From Gammaproteobacteria bacterium (GTDB lineage Bacteria; Pseudomonadota; Gammaproteobacteria; Ga0077536), in the NCBI GenBank assembly GCA_038116745.1, contig JAYODW010000004.1, positions 50,408-114,407 of the forward strand: DNA of 64,000 nucleotides, written 5' to 3'. Shown here piece by piece: positions 30,530-41,218 of the stretch; position 1 is the first letter of the stretch; every line of letters begins with the position of its first letter. Position numbers and translations under genes: made by a program. The notes under the pieces were generated by a model, which was not told the DNA's origin, ran no database searches, and was given only the letters and a program-made list of their open reading frames with translations.

Positions 30530-31846
30530 TCAGCGCTTGTCCATGGACACGTAGTCCCGGTGGGTATAGCCGGTATAGAGCTGCCGCGGCCGGCCGATAC
30601 GCTGGCTCGGGTCCTCGATCATTTCATTCCACTGCGCGACCCAGCCGACCGTGCGCGCGAGCGCGAACAGCGCGGTGAACATCGTGGTGGGGAAGCCCAT
30701 CGCCTTCAGCGTGATCCCGGAGTAGAAATCAATGTTCGGATAGAGCTTCTTCTCAATAAAGTATTCGTCAGAAAGCGCGATGCGCTCGAGCTCCATGGCC
30801 ACGTCGAGAAGCGGATCATCCTTGATACCGAGCTCCGTCAAGACCTCGTGACAGGTTTTCTGCATCACTTTTGCGCGCGGGTCGTAGTTCTTGTAAACGC
30901 GATGTCCGAAGCCCATCAGGCGGAAGGGATCGTTCTTGTCCTTGGCCTTGTTGATGAATTCCGGAATGCGCTCCGGCGTTCCGATCTCCGACAGCATGTT
31001 CAGCGCGGCCTCGTTGGCACCGCCGTGGGCAGGCCCCCACAGACAGGCAATTCCTGCGGCAATGCACGCAAAGGGGTTTGCGCCAGAGGAGCTGGCCAGG
31101 CGCACCGTCGAAGTCGAGGCGTTCTGCTCGTGGTCAGCGTGCAGCGTGAAGATGCGGTCCAGCGCCCGGGACAGCACCGGATTCGGCTCATATTTGCAGG
31201 TCGGCACCGAAAAACACATTTTCAGAAAGTTCGACGCGTACTCCAGATCGTTGTCCGGATAGACGAATGGCTGGCCTATCGAGTACTTGAAAGCCATCGC
31301 GGCAATCGTCGGCATTTTCGCGATCAGACGACGGCTCGCCACCATGCGCAGATAGGGGTCATTGATGTCGGTGGAGTCGTGATAGAAGGCAGATAGCGCG
31401 CCGACCACGCCACACATGATCGCCATCGGGTGAGCATCACGGCGGAAGCCGGAGAAAAACCGATGCAGCTGCTCGTGCACCATAGTGTGGTTGGTAATGG
31501 CGAGTTCGAACTCCTCGTACTCTGATCTGTTCGGCAGCTCACCGTGAAGCAGCAGGTAGGCAACCTCGATGAAATCGGCCTGCTCGGCAAGCTGGTCAAT
31601 CGGGTAGCCGCGATAGAGCAGTATTCCTTCGTCGCCATCGATATAGGTGATCTTCGACTGGCAGCTTGCCGTGGATGTGAACCCCGGGTCATAGGTGAAG
31701 TAGCCGGATGCGCCATAAAGCTTGGAGATATCAATCACGCTCGGGCCGACCGAACCTGCCTGCATCGGCAGGTCGAAACTACCAACCGGGCTGGTCAGCG
31801 TACTGGTGTTTGCATCGCTGTTGTCTTGTGCACTGCTCATATCCAA
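30530..31846 (-). CDS. gltA: citrate synthase (type II)
   Basis: Full-length citrate synthase (GYFTYDPGF...[14 protein letters not shown]...). 438 aa. Confidence 0.9.
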   Translation of the reverse strand: MDMSSAQDNSDANTSTLTSPVGSFDLPMQAGSVGPSVIDISKLYGASGYFTYDPGFTSTASCQSKITYIDGDEGILLYRGYPIDQLAEQADFIEVAYLLLHGELPNRSEYEEFELAITNHTMVHEQLHRFFSGFRRDAHPMAIMCGVVGALSAFYHDSTDINDPYLRMVASRRLIAKMPTIAAMAFKYSIGQPFVYPDNDLEYASNFLKMCFSVPTCKYEPNPVLSRALDRIFTLHADHEQNASTSTVRLASSSGANPFACIAAGIACLWGPAHGGANEAALNMLSEIGTPERIPEFINKAKDKNDPFRLMGFGHRVYKNYDPRAKVMQKTCHEVLTELGIKDDPLLDVAMELERIALSDEYFIEKKLYPNIDFYSGITLKAMGFPTTMFTALFALARTVGWVAQWNEMIEDPSQRIGRPRQLYTGYTHRDYVSMDKR

Positions 31847-32056
31847 ATGCCTCTCAAAGTTCTTCTACCGTCTATCCGGCTGCGCGCAGAAAGTTGACCA
31901 GCGCCGGTTGCGCCGGACTACTTCCAGATAGCGGGGGTTCTAGTCGGGCGACCCTGCGTCGCCGACCGTCGAATCTACACCAAATGACGTGCCCAACGGT
32001 AGCGCGTGACCGCGCAGCAGCGGGCCGTCAGCGGCCGGTTCACAGGGCCTGCAAAG

Positions 32057-32788
32057 TCAGTGCGTGCTCTGCACCAACAGCAGGCATCCCAGCGCGAGGA
32101 TAAGCATGTGCAACAGGCGCGCGAACTGCTCACGCGCAATGCGCTCACCCAGCCAGCGACCACAGAAATTGCCCGCCACCAGACCGGGCAGACCCCAGGC
32201 CAGGAGCTCAAAAACACGCGCAGTCCACAGTCCAGCCAGCGCATGGGCGCCGCAGACCATCAGCGCCGTCGGCAGAAAATAGCCTGAAATAGTCGCGCGG
32301 AACTGTGCCGGCGACCACTGCGCCAGAGCACCGTAAATCACAACCGGCGGTCCGTTGATGTTGTAGGCCCCGCCCAGCACACCGGCACACAGACCGGCCA
32401 GGTAAACGGCCGGTCGCCAGGTCAGGCGCGGCAGCTGCGGGCTGAGCAGACTCCAGATTCCGAATAACACCAACACCACACCGAAGGCCGTCGTGATCCA
32501 CACCCCAGGGATATACCGAATGGCGTAGATCCCCAGCGGGATCCCTGCCGTTGAGGCGACCAGCAGGCGACCCGCGGCGCGGAAGTCGATCTGCGACCAC
32601 TCCCGCCGCAGCACAACCAGCACGGTCGCGAGTCCGGCCAGACCGACCAGCGGTGTCGCGGTTTCGAGCCCCACCAGCATCACCAGCAGCGGCATCGCCA
32701 CCAGCGCCGTGCCGAAGCCGACGCTCGCGTGAAGCGTGCTCGCTGCCACGAGCACCAGGAGGGTCAGCAGCGCCGCCTGTTCAGGCAT
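32057..32788 (-). CDS. TSUP (TauE/SafE) family anion exporter
   Basis: Multi-TM DUF81-type repeats. Start chosen at MPEQAALLTLLVLV. The upstream part of the track ORF is Arg-rich. Confidence 0.65.
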   Translation of the reverse strand: MPEQAALLTLLVLVAASTLHASVGFGTALVAMPLLVMLVGLETATPLVGLAGLATVLVVLRREWSQIDFRAAGRLLVASTAGIPLGIYAIRYIPGVWITTAFGVVLVLFGIWSLLSPQLPRLTWRPAVYLAGLCAGVLGGAYNINGPPVVIYGALAQWSPAQFRATISGYFLPTALMVCGAHALAGLWTARVFELLAWGLPGLVAGNFCGRWLGERIAREQFARLLHMLILALGCLLLVQSTH

Positions 32789-32823
32789 CGGTGCCGGCGA
32801 CGCAGCGCTGGAGCGGGTTTGAC

Positions 32824-33417
32824 CTAGCGCTGTTTCCAGGTACCGCCGGCGTCGCGGTAGTACCAGCCGCGGTCCGCTTTCGCGATCCAGCGCTCTGCAA
32901 ACACGCTGCGGATCTGGTCGACCCACTCCGGGTGACCATTGATGCGCGCAATCTCGCGATAAAGCGCTTCCCAGTCGGTGTTCTGCTCGCTTATCAGCTG
33001 TCGCACCGCGTTGCGCTGGGCCAGCGGCACGGCGTTGCGATCACGGATTTCAAGCAGCCCAGCACTCGTCAGACCGACCGCGCCGCCATCCAGAAAGGGC
33101 TTGATCTGCGGGAAGCGGTTTTTAAGGGACTGTTCAAGGGCACGTGAGGCCGGCGACTGCGCATCGAAATCCGCCTGCTGCGCCGCGGCCGCCGGGATCA
33201 GCAGATCCAGCAGTCGCAGACCAAGCGGCGTTGTAGGTACCAGCATAAGCCCGGGTGCGACAGACGCGGCTTCGTCAGCGCCCTGCGCACCGCGGACTTC
33301 ATCAATGATGCGATCGGCCGCCTGCTGCGCGGCAGCCTCAGGGAAATAAATGTTGATCGTCACGCAGCCGACCAAAAACACGATGAGGCCGAACAGACCG
33401 GTGTAGATGGATTTCAT
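32824..33417 (-). CDS. DUF1318 (YdbL-like) periplasmic lipoprotein
   Basis: Lipobox-like N-terminus (MKSIYTGLFGLIVFLVGC). C-terminus ALYREIARINGHPEWVDQIRSVFAERWIAKADRGWYYRDAGGTWKQR matches the YdbL pattern. Confidence 0.55.
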   Translation of the reverse strand: MKSIYTGLFGLIVFLVGCVTINIYFPEAAAQQAADRIIDEVRGAQGADEAASVAPGLMLVPTTPLGLRLLDLLIPAAAAQQADFDAQSPASRALEQSLKNRFPQIKPFLDGGAVGLTSAGLLEIRDRNAVPLAQRNAVRQLISEQNTDWEALYREIARINGHPEWVDQIRSVFAERWIAKADRGWYYRDAGGTWKQR

Positions 33418-33614
33418 CAAATGCCCGTCCTCCGCAATGGCTGATAAGGCGCGCCGGGTAACGACGCTCGAGTGCATTGCCATAGTGTACCCTCTGCCTC
33501 CGTCATCCCTCGCAGCAGCAGAGCACCTCTGGCGTTGTCGAACACCCGCACCATCCCACTTCCTGCCGGCGACCTGCGACGGCTGCTGCCCGCTGCGCTG
33601 TTACAACGACACCC

Positions 33615-34871
33615 ATGAGCGCGTCTGCAAAGGGCAGTCCGCTGTTCTACGGCTGGTTCGTCGTCGGCGCGGCGTTCGCTGTGCTTTTTCTCGCCTACGG
33701 GATCCAGTTCAGCTATGGCGTCTTCGTCACCGGTATGGCGGCAGAGCTCGGCTGGAGCCGCGCTGAGACGGCGCTCCCTTATTCGATCTACGTCTTTATC
33801 TACAGCGCACTCAGCGCCGCCACCGGGCGCGCGACCGACCGCTTCGGCCCCCGTCAGGTGATCATGCTTGGCTCCGTGCTGCTGGGACTCGGCTGGGGTG
33901 CCAGCGCCTGGGTACAGCAGCCCTGGCACCTGAGCCTGACTATGGGGTGCATCGCCGCTCTCGGCATGAGCGTGGCCTGGGTACCCTGCAACGCGACCGT
34001 TGCGCGCTGGTTCACCCGCCGCCGCGGCACCGCGGTGTCGATTGCGTCGAGCGGAGCAAGCCTGGGCAACCTCGTCGTGCCACCCGCGGCCGGACTGTTG
34101 ATGCTGCACTGGGGCTGGCGCACAGCACTGCTGGTCGTAGCCCTCACCAGCGCTGTGACCATGCTGCTGGCTGCCCGATTCATGGTGCGCGATCCGGAAA
34201 GCATGGGACTGCACCCGGACGGTGACAGCGCAGAGAACGCCGCTGCCGCGCCAGCGGTGGGTAAGCTGCCGCCGCTCACAACGCTCTATCGCGGTCCGCC
34301 TTTCGTTCTGCTCGTGATCGTCTACTTCACCACCTGGCTGGTGGTATTCGTGCCCTTCGTCCACATCGTCGCCTTCGGCGAAGATCGTGGCCTGGGCACC
34401 GGTCTGGCTTCGTCTCTGCTCAGTGCCATCGGTTTCGGCGGGGTACTGGGCCGCTTATCCGCCGGCGTCGTCTCTGATCGTATCGGTCGCTTCCCGGCGC
34501 TCTACATCACGCTGGCGCTGCAGGTACTTGCGTTCGGCACTTTGCCCTACGCCTATGACCTGGCCGTGCTGTGGGCGGCGGCATTCGCCTTCGGCCTGTC
34601 CTACGGCGGCGGGGTGGCGTTGCTGCCAGCGCTGTGCGGCGACCTGTTCGGTCGCACCCGGGTAGCCAGCGTCGTCGGGGTTATCTTCGCGGTTGCCGGC
34701 GCGCCGGCTGCGCTCGGACCTTATTTCGCTGGCTGGCTGTACGACACGACCGGCAACTACGACAGCGCGTTCCTAATCGCCGCGACGCTGAACCTGCTCG
34801 CGCTGGGGCTCAGCTTTGTACTCGCGACACGTCGGGGCGTGCGCCTTGCCCTGCGCCCCGAACAGCATTGA
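33615..34871 (+). CDS. MFS transporter (oxalate/formate antiporter-like)
   Basis: 12-TM composition and MFS motifs. 418 aa. Confidence 0.8.
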   Translation: MSASAKGSPLFYGWFVVGAAFAVLFLAYGIQFSYGVFVTGMAAELGWSRAETALPYSIYVFIYSALSAATGRATDRFGPRQVIMLGSVLLGLGWGASAWVQQPWHLSLTMGCIAALGMSVAWVPCNATVARWFTRRRGTAVSIASSGASLGNLVVPPAAGLLMLHWGWRTALLVVALTSAVTMLLAARFMVRDPESMGLHPDGDSAENAAAAPAVGKLPPLTTLYRGPPFVLLVIVYFTTWLVVFVPFVHIVAFGEDRGLGTGLASSLLSAIGFGGVLGRLSAGVVSDRIGRFPALYITLALQVLAFGTLPYAYDLAVLWAAAFAFGLSYGGGVALLPALCGDLFGRTRVASVVGVIFAVAGAPAALGPYFAGWLYDTTGNYDSAFLIAATLNLLALGLSFVLATRRGVRLALRPEQH

Positions 34872-34883
34872 GGACAGCCAACG

Positions 34884-35303
34884 CTACAGCCCGAGCTTGG
34901 AGCGCGCCCGCGCTATGCCGCCGCGGTATACACCCTCTATCAGCTTGATGACATCAGCCTCCGGCGCGCCGTGCGCTTCGAAGCTGCTTGACCAGTCGAC
35001 CCGGGTGCCGCCGGCGCCATCGTCACTGACCCTGACCGTTGACAGGTAATTCTTCACCGGCAACGGGCACTCGTTGATGATGGCGTAGCTGAATGTGCGC
35101 GCGGCATCGTCACAGCTCTCCAGCCGCTCGACGATTTCCCCACCTCCGACCAGCGCGATGGTGCGCACCGCGCCGACTCCATCGCCTTCAACGGCGCAGC
35201 TGGCGATCATCTCGTTCGGTTCAACGCCTCCGAAATCGCTCATTACGCGCCAGACGTCGGCGGCTGAAGCAGCGACGGTTTCGGTTACGTGGGCTGTGCT
35301 CAT
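34884..35303 (-). CDS. SRPBCC (polyketide cyclase/Bet v1-like) family protein
   Basis: 139 aa with the SRPBCC pattern. Confidence 0.65.
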   Translation of the reverse strand: MSTAHVTETVAASAADVWRVMSDFGGVEPNEMIASCAVEGDGVGAVRTIALVGGGEIVERLESCDDAARTFSYAIINECPLPVKNYLSTVRVSDDGAGGTRVDWSSSFEAHGAPEADVIKLIEGVYRGGIARARSKLGL

Positions 35304-35400
35304 GTCTTTCTCCTCGGGTTACTGACCATCTACAGATCGAACGATCGTTCACGGCTGCGCACCAAAGCCGCGCGGCCTGTATATCGAGCCGACTCTGGCT

Positions 35401-35420
35401 GTGAACGGTTCCTGTGAACC
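35401..35420. promoter_or_regulatory. palindromic candidate operator upstream of PQQ dehydrogenase gene
   Basis: GTGAAC direct repeat containing the perfect palindrome GGTTCctgtGAACC (35407-35420). Its inverted partner GTTCACGG lies at 35347-35354. All sit in a roughly 400-nt leader. Confidence 0.25.
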
Positions 35421-35712
35421 ACGCATCTGCTGCCCGCGCGGCAGGCCCTGACGTCGCTCTCTCAGCGCTGCGTCCAATTCTAAAGGCTTCGTCGGATCCG
35501 CCGCAGCGGCCTCGATAGAAAAAGGCAAAAGCGTGGCACAGCGCTTGGGCGCAGGCCGCAGAAGTCCATGCGACGCGACGCGCAGACGAGCCTGACCACT
35601 CTGGCCGTGGCGAGGACAAACCGTGATCCGATGGTCGCAATATCATTTCCATGCTCTGGGCGATCTGCTATACGAAATCCGCTTACCGCAGGTTCGAGGG
35701 GAGGTACCACCG

Positions 35713-37581
35713 ATGCGCAATTTCCACACAGCGGTCTGCTTGCAGACTCTCGTTGTTACCTTCGCATGGAGCGCAGCGCTGCTTGCTGCCGGACCTGCCG
35801 ACACCAACTGGCCCACCTACAACAACACAACCGATGGTCAGCGCTATTCCACGCTGGACCAGATCACTTCAGCCAACGTCAGCAGCCTGACGGAAGTATG
35901 CCGCCTCAAGATCGACACATCCGGGACGTTCCAGCCCGGAATCATCGCCCTCGACGGCACGCTCTATCTGACCAACGCCCACGACACGCTTGCGGTCGAC
36001 GCGACCAGCTGCGCGCAGCGCTGGCGGCATACCTATCACCCCGAACAGCACGAGGTTTTCCAGATCAATCGCGGCGTCGCCTACGCCAACGGCAGGCTCT
36101 TCCGCGGCACGCCGGACGCACGCCTGCTCGCACTCGACTCCGGCAGCGGAGAGCTGGTCTGGCAGCAGCAGGTGGGGGATCCCAAGCAGGGCGAGTTTTT
36201 CAGCAGCGTGCCGATCGTCTGGCAAGGCCAGCTCATTACCGGTGCTGCCGGCAGCGACTGGGGGATCCGCGGTCGTGTGATGGCTTTCGATCTGGATGAC
36301 GGACGCGAACTCTGGCGCTTCTGGACTATCCCCCGCGGCAAGGAAACCGGCGCCGATACCTGGGAAAACGCCGGCACGGCGCGCTACGGCGGTGGCGGCA
36401 GCTGGAGCACCTACACCGTCGACATGGCTTCCGGCGAGGTCTTCGTTCCCGTCGGCAACCCTGCGCCGGACTTCATGCCCGGCCATCGTCCCGGCGAAAA
36501 CCTGTTCACCAACAGTGTGGTGGTGCTGAATGCACGGACCGGTGCGCTCAACTGGTGGCACCAGATGGCGCCAAACGATGGCCTCGACCTCGATATCGCA
36601 TCGGCACCGATGCTTTACTGGAACAGCAAAGGCGAACCGATGATGGCGGCCGCGAGCAAGGACGGTCACGTCTACGGCGTGAATCGGGAGAGCCATGCTC
36701 GCGTTTACATGACCCCCGTGACAACGATCGCCAAGCCCGAGGGCGATCCTGACGCCGAAGGCGTGCGTTCCTGCCCGGGCGCACTCGGCGGCGTCGAATG
36801 GAACGGACCTGCCTGGGATGCGACAAACAAACAGGTGATAGTCGGTTCGGTGGACTGGTGCTCAATCATCAAATCCGCCGAGGTCAAATACGAGCCGGGC
36901 CAGTTCCTGTTCGGCGGCAGCTACTCGTTTGAGGACGAGCGCTCCGGCTGGGTCCATGCGCTCGATCCCGACGATGGCAGCGTGCGCTGGTCGTATCACG
37001 CTGACGGCCCAGTCGTTGCGGGTGTTACCCCGACTGCAGGCGGCGTGACGTTGACGGGCGACATGACGGGCAATCTCATCGCGCTCGACTCTGCCACCGG
37101 AGCGGTGCTGCTGAAACACCAGACCGGAGGCGCCCTGGCCGGTGGGGTGATTACCTACGCCAGCGGCGGCCGGCAGTACGTCGCCATCGCGTCGGGCAAT
37201 GTGTCCTCGCGCCTGTCATTCGGCGAGAACGGTCAGCCCACGCTGATCGTCTATGCGCTGCCGACCGGAAACGAAACAGCGCGCAGCGCGAAGGCGCCGG
37301 TTGCAGCAGTTACCGACGACCTCGATCCAAAATCGATGAGCGCCGCCAACGCTGATGTGTCCAACGGGAAAAAGATCTACGCCAAGAACTGTGCGGCCTG
37401 TCACGGCGCCCATGGCGAGGGTGCCGTCGGACCCCGGCTCCAGGATCTGAACGCCCGCCGCGATTTCACCGCAATCGTGACCTGGATCGTTGAGCCGTCC
37501 GCGAAGATGCCACGACTCTATCCTTCGGCGCTGGATGCGCAATCGGTGGCGGATGTCGCCGCCTTCGTGCACGGCATGTAA
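35713..37581 (+). CDS. PQQ-dependent dehydrogenase with C-terminal cytochrome c domain (quinohemoprotein-type)
   Basis: Repeated PQQ beta-propeller W-motifs and a C-terminal CAACHG heme site. Start ATG 35713 has a GAGGGGAGG RBS and a signal peptide. No vicinal Cys-Cys pair is seen. Confidence 0.8.
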   Translation: MRNFHTAVCLQTLVVTFAWSAALLAAGPADTNWPTYNNTTDGQRYSTLDQITSANVSSLTEVCRLKIDTSGTFQPGIIALDGTLYLTNAHDTLAVDATSCAQRWRHTYHPEQHEVFQINRGVAYANGRLFRGTPDARLLALDSGSGELVWQQQVGDPKQGEFFSSVPIVWQGQLITGAAGSDWGIRGRVMAFDLDDGRELWRFWTIPRGKETGADTWENAGTARYGGGGSWSTYTVDMASGEVFVPVGNPAPDFMPGHRPGENLFTNSVVVLNARTGALNWWHQMAPNDGLDLDIASAPMLYWNSKGEPMMAAASKDGHVYGVNRESHARVYMTPVTTIAKPEGDPDAEGVRSCPGALGGVEWNGPAWDATNKQVIVGSVDWCSIIKSAEVKYEPGQFLFGGSYSFEDERSGWVHALDPDDGSVRWSYHADGPVVAGVTPTAGGVTLTGDMTGNLIALDSATGAVLLKHQTGGALAGGVITYASGGRQYVAIASGNVSSRLSFGENGQPTLIVYALPTGNETARSAKAPVAAVTDDLDPKSMSAANADVSNGKKIYAKNCAACHGAHGEGAVGPRLQDLNARRDFTAIVTWIVEPSAKMPRLYPSALDAQSVADVAAFVHGM

Positions 37582-37664
37582 CAGGTGAGGACACAAGACC
37601 TTCCAGAACCTGTGTTCTGCGCTTTCCATTCCCAGTCCGCCCGATAAGACCCGAGGAGACAGCT

Positions 37665-38741
37665 ATGAAATTCAGCATCATGCTAGCCACGAAAATCGAC
37701 GATTGGGAGATCTATCCCGAGATCGAAGCAGCGGGCTACGACGCCGCCTGGGTACCCGATTCCCAGATGCTGTGGTCGGATTGCTACGCCACGCTGGCAC
37801 TCGCCGCCCATCACACCTCGCGCCTAGAGATTGGCACCGGCGTCGCGATCCCCGGAACACGCATCGCGCCCGTCACCGCGCACTCGATCGCATCGATCAA
37901 TCGGCTGGCGCCCGGTCGCACCTTCCTTGGTATCGGCACTGGTCACACTGCTATGCGGGTCATGGGCATGCAGCCAATGAAGGTCGCGGCGTTTCGCGAA
38001 TATCTGCGCGTTGTCCGCGCGCTGCTCGACGGCGAAGAAGTGACGTTTACGCGGGGCGGCGTCTCGCGCCAGATCCGCTTCCTGCATGAGGAGCTGGGCT
38101 TCCGCAATGTCGAGGACCGCATCCCCATCTATGTGGCGGCCAACGGGCCGAAGGCGCTGCAAGCCGCCGGCGCCTACGCAGACGGCCTGGTCGCGATTTT
38201 CAACGAAGATCCCGATGCGCTCAATTTCCACCTGGGTCTGGTCAAAGAAGGCGCAGCGGCGGTCGACCGAACCTTACCGGACCCTTTCAGGCTTTCCACC
38301 GTGACCACGGCCGTAGTCATGCGCGCCGGGGAGACACTGCGCTCTGACCGTGTGATTGACGCCTGCGGCTCGCAGGTGATGTGCACCATCCATTTCGTTT
38401 ACGAGATCGTCAAATACACGGGAAACGAGGCGATGATCCCTGAGTTCCTGCAGGACATCTGGGAACCTTACTGCGCCCACGTCGACGCGATGGAAACACC
38501 GCCTGAGAAACGCTATCTCCAGATCCACGACGGCCACTGCACGTACTATGTGCCGGAGGAACGCCGCTTCATCACGCCCGCAGCAATCGAGGGCGTCTGC
38601 CTGGTCGGCAGCGCACGGGAGATTGCCGAGCAGGTACACACGTCCGAAGCGGCGGGACTCAGCGAGGTCATTCTTTTGCCGCCCATGGCCGCTCTGCGCG
38701 ACGTTGTGCGCGACTTCAAAGAGGTTATAGACGTTTACTGA
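37665..38741 (+). CDS. LLM-class flavin/F420-dependent oxidoreductase
   Basis: Luciferase-like fold. GAGGAG RBS. Confidence 0.8.
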   Translation: MKFSIMLATKIDDWEIYPEIEAAGYDAAWVPDSQMLWSDCYATLALAAHHTSRLEIGTGVAIPGTRIAPVTAHSIASINRLAPGRTFLGIGTGHTAMRVMGMQPMKVAAFREYLRVVRALLDGEEVTFTRGGVSRQIRFLHEELGFRNVEDRIPIYVAANGPKALQAAGAYADGLVAIFNEDPDALNFHLGLVKEGAAAVDRTLPDPFRLSTVTTAVVMRAGETLRSDRVIDACGSQVMCTIHFVYEIVKYTGNEAMIPEFLQDIWEPYCAHVDAMETPPEKRYLQIHDGHCTYYVPEERRFITPAAIEGVCLVGSAREIAEQVHTSEAAGLSEVILLPPMAALRDVVRDFKEVIDVY

Positions 38742-38887
38742 TGCAGCCGTCAGAGCGTCGGGCGAGCACCAGCCAGCTCTCGGCCGACGCTCTCGCTATC
38801 ACAGTGGCCGCAGGAGCATCGGACATTACCGTGCGTGACCGGAGCGCGCTTACCGCTTGGCTCCAAGCGTCGCCGTTGCGGGTTTTC

Positions 38888-39904
38888 TCAGGGGTGGGTT
38901 TCGTCGAGAAAAGGGGCCAGCAGCGCCTCAGTCAACGCCTCAAGCTGTAAGTCCCGTTGCAACACACGCTGCGCTGCATCAGATTCAACGACTTCCATAA
39001 GATCGACTGCAACTTCAGCAAATTCGCTCGCTTTTTCCAGATTCAAGCCTCGCGTCTGGGTAATCAGATTGCGCACCACTACGGCACTGGATCGCCCTGC
39101 CACCTTGAGCAGCACCCCTGCACCTGGGACCGTGCCCAACACGCTCAAGGCGCGCTCAGCGTCCGACACCATCTCGCCACTGAACGCGCTCTTCCCCGAC
39201 AGCGCCGTGTACAGCGAGAGCAGGTTGCCCACCACGGGCGTCGCATCGAGTAGCGTACGCGCCGCTTTTCCAATGACGGTGGGCCTGACGGACAGATACC
39301 GAGCTGCACCGCTGAAGACGTCTTCGCCTTTTGCTTCAGCGAAAAAGGCACCGACGTTGGCCGCAAGCTGTACGAGCGGGTTCTCCTCAGATTCAGTCTG
39401 ACCGACCTCAGTCAAGCGGAACTGCATCGCAGGAATCAAAGGCCAGCGTCCGTAGACCCTGGCGGCGAGCTCAGGTGCCCAAGTCAGCTCCATTGATTCG
39501 GCGTGAAACAGCTCGGATCTTTCCAGCTGGGTCGTGAATGCACCCAGAGCCCGGGCGCAAGCCTTTGCTGTCTTCGGATCAAGTCGAGTGGGAGCGGGAT
39601 GTTCCTTGGCCAGGGCTGCAAGCCGCAGAAAGTCCCGTTTCCCATCCGGCAGCAGTGCGCCGATCTGACGCGCGGTGATTGTGGCAAAACCTGCCGGCAC
39701 CAGGGACTGATATTGCTCGGCCGACAATTCCTGCACCTGCGCTGCACTCAGAGCCTCCACCTGCGACCTCGAAAAAGCCGGGAGGTGACGCTTGCAGAGA
39801 TCTACGCACTGGCTGGTCGTATCACCCGCCGCTACGTCGACAGCGGCTACCTGCTCAGCAGGGCACTGGTGCCCGAACAGGTCATCGAAGACGGCGTAGT
39901 CCAA
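38888..39904 (-). CDS. hypothetical Ala/Leu-rich protein of unknown function (the first 45 codons cross an inferred rearrangement junction)
   Basis: Non-Arg-rich composition with no recognisable family. The open frame upstream of about 39776 overlaps the TpsB fragment and may not be translated. Confidence 0.4.
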   Translation of the reverse strand: MDYAVFDDLFGHQCPAEQVAAVDVAAGDTTSQCVDLCKRHLPAFSRSQVEALSAAQVQELSAEQYQSLVPAGFATITARQIGALLPDGKRDFLRLAALAKEHPAPTRLDPKTAKACARALGAFTTQLERSELFHAESMELTWAPELAARVYGRWPLIPAMQFRLTEVGQTESEENPLVQLAANVGAFFAEAKGEDVFSGAARYLSVRPTVIGKAARTLLDATPVVGNLLSLYTALSGKSAFSGEMVSDAERALSVLGTVPGAGVLLKVAGRSSAVVVRNLITQTRGLNLEKASEFAEVAVDLMEVVESDAAQRVLQRDLQLEALTEALLAPFLDETHP

Positions 39905-41113
39905 CTGCAGGTCATTGAGGGCTATGTCGATTCAGTTACGGTTGAAGGGGTGCACAGCACCCGCTCAGGTCTGCTGGGGCACTACGGAGACCGAATCAAG
40001 GCCAGCCGCCCGCTCAAGCGCGCGGTGCTGGAGCGATATCTGTTGCTGGCGAACGATATTCCAGGTCTGCGTTTCAAGGCGGTGCTGAGTCCGTCTGCTG
40101 CAAACACAGGGGCGGCTGCGCTGACGCTGACTGCCTCTGACGCACGCTGGTCAGGCTCGGTCAGTTTTGACAACCGGGGCGCCGACTACAGCGGGCCCTG
40201 GCAGGGCCTGATCGAGCTCAGCGGCCATAACCTGCTGAGTCTGCTGGAGAGCACGACCGTGCGCTACGCGACGGTTCCTGATGACCTTGAAGAGCTGCAC
40301 TACTGGGCGGTCCGCCATGAGCAGCTCCTGAGCGCGGAAGGACTGCGTCTGGCAGTGGACGTCAGCGGCGCGGATAGTGAAACGGCTTCGGCTGTGCTGA
40401 GCGCACTGGAAGTCGAGACCCAAACGCGAAGCGCGGGACTCACCGTGAGCTACCCGATCCTGCGCTCGCGCGAGCGCAATCAGCGCGCGAGTGTCGGGCT
40501 CGCCATGAAGGACGCTGAGGTCGAGCTACTGGGAGCGATCTACGACCAGAGCGATGGTTTCGGAGGAGGCGGTGTGACCGTCCTGTCGGCTTCTGTGGTG
40601 CAGGGGCTGGACATTATCGATGCGCAGGTAACCAGCTATGTTTCAGCTGATCCGGATTTTACTTACGTATCCCTTTACGCCTGGCGTTCACAGCATCTGT
40701 TCGAGTCCCTCCGGGCCGATGTGCGGCTTTCGGCCCAGCTGACCAATGAAAGTCTTCCCGCGATCGAGCAGGCCGGGCTTGGCGGCGAGCATACGGTGCG
40801 CGGCTATGAGTCTTCAGAGTGGACGGGCGATGAGCTGGTCAACACGTCGCTCGAGCTGGTTTATCAGCTGCCGGCGCCCAGGGTGGAAAGCGTGCAGCTG
40901 CACGGTTTTTATGACTACGGCAAGATCTGGCGCAACAACCCGCAGGTGGGAGAACGCCGGTCGCAGTCAGCCGATGCGAGCGGTGCGGGCACGCGAGTGA
41001 AAATCACGGACCGGCTCGGGCTTGACCTTGAGGCCGCGCGGACGCTGGATGATGACAGCGAAGGCAAATCACGCGGATGGGAGTTTTTTATGCGCGTCCG
41101 CGCGGAATTTTAG
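39779..41113 (+). pseudogene. TpsB (ShlB/FhaC-family) transporter, C-terminal portion from mid-POTRA1 to end, lacking signal peptide
   Basis: Reads REVTLAEIYALAGRITRRYVDSGYLLSRALVPEQVIEDGVVQLQVIEGYVDS (POTRA_2) followed by a beta-barrel ending FMRVRAEF. No signal peptide is present. The track ORF's first 92 codons are spurious read-through. Confidence 0.65.
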
Positions 41114-41218
41114 AGCCTGGCCAGGCGCGGGCGCGTCGAGCAGAGTTGCAGGCTGGGGTTGAGCAAGGGGATTTCTTTTATCCTTTGGGCTGACTGAGGT
41201 GCTCTGGCGGATAAACCA

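Noticed and set aside
39503-39778. N-terminal 92 codons of track ORF 39503..41113 as part of TpsB
   Set aside because: They are Cys/Arg-rich and overlap the minus-strand ORF. TpsB similarity starts only at 39779 and there is no signal peptide, so these codons are read-through rather than coding sequence.
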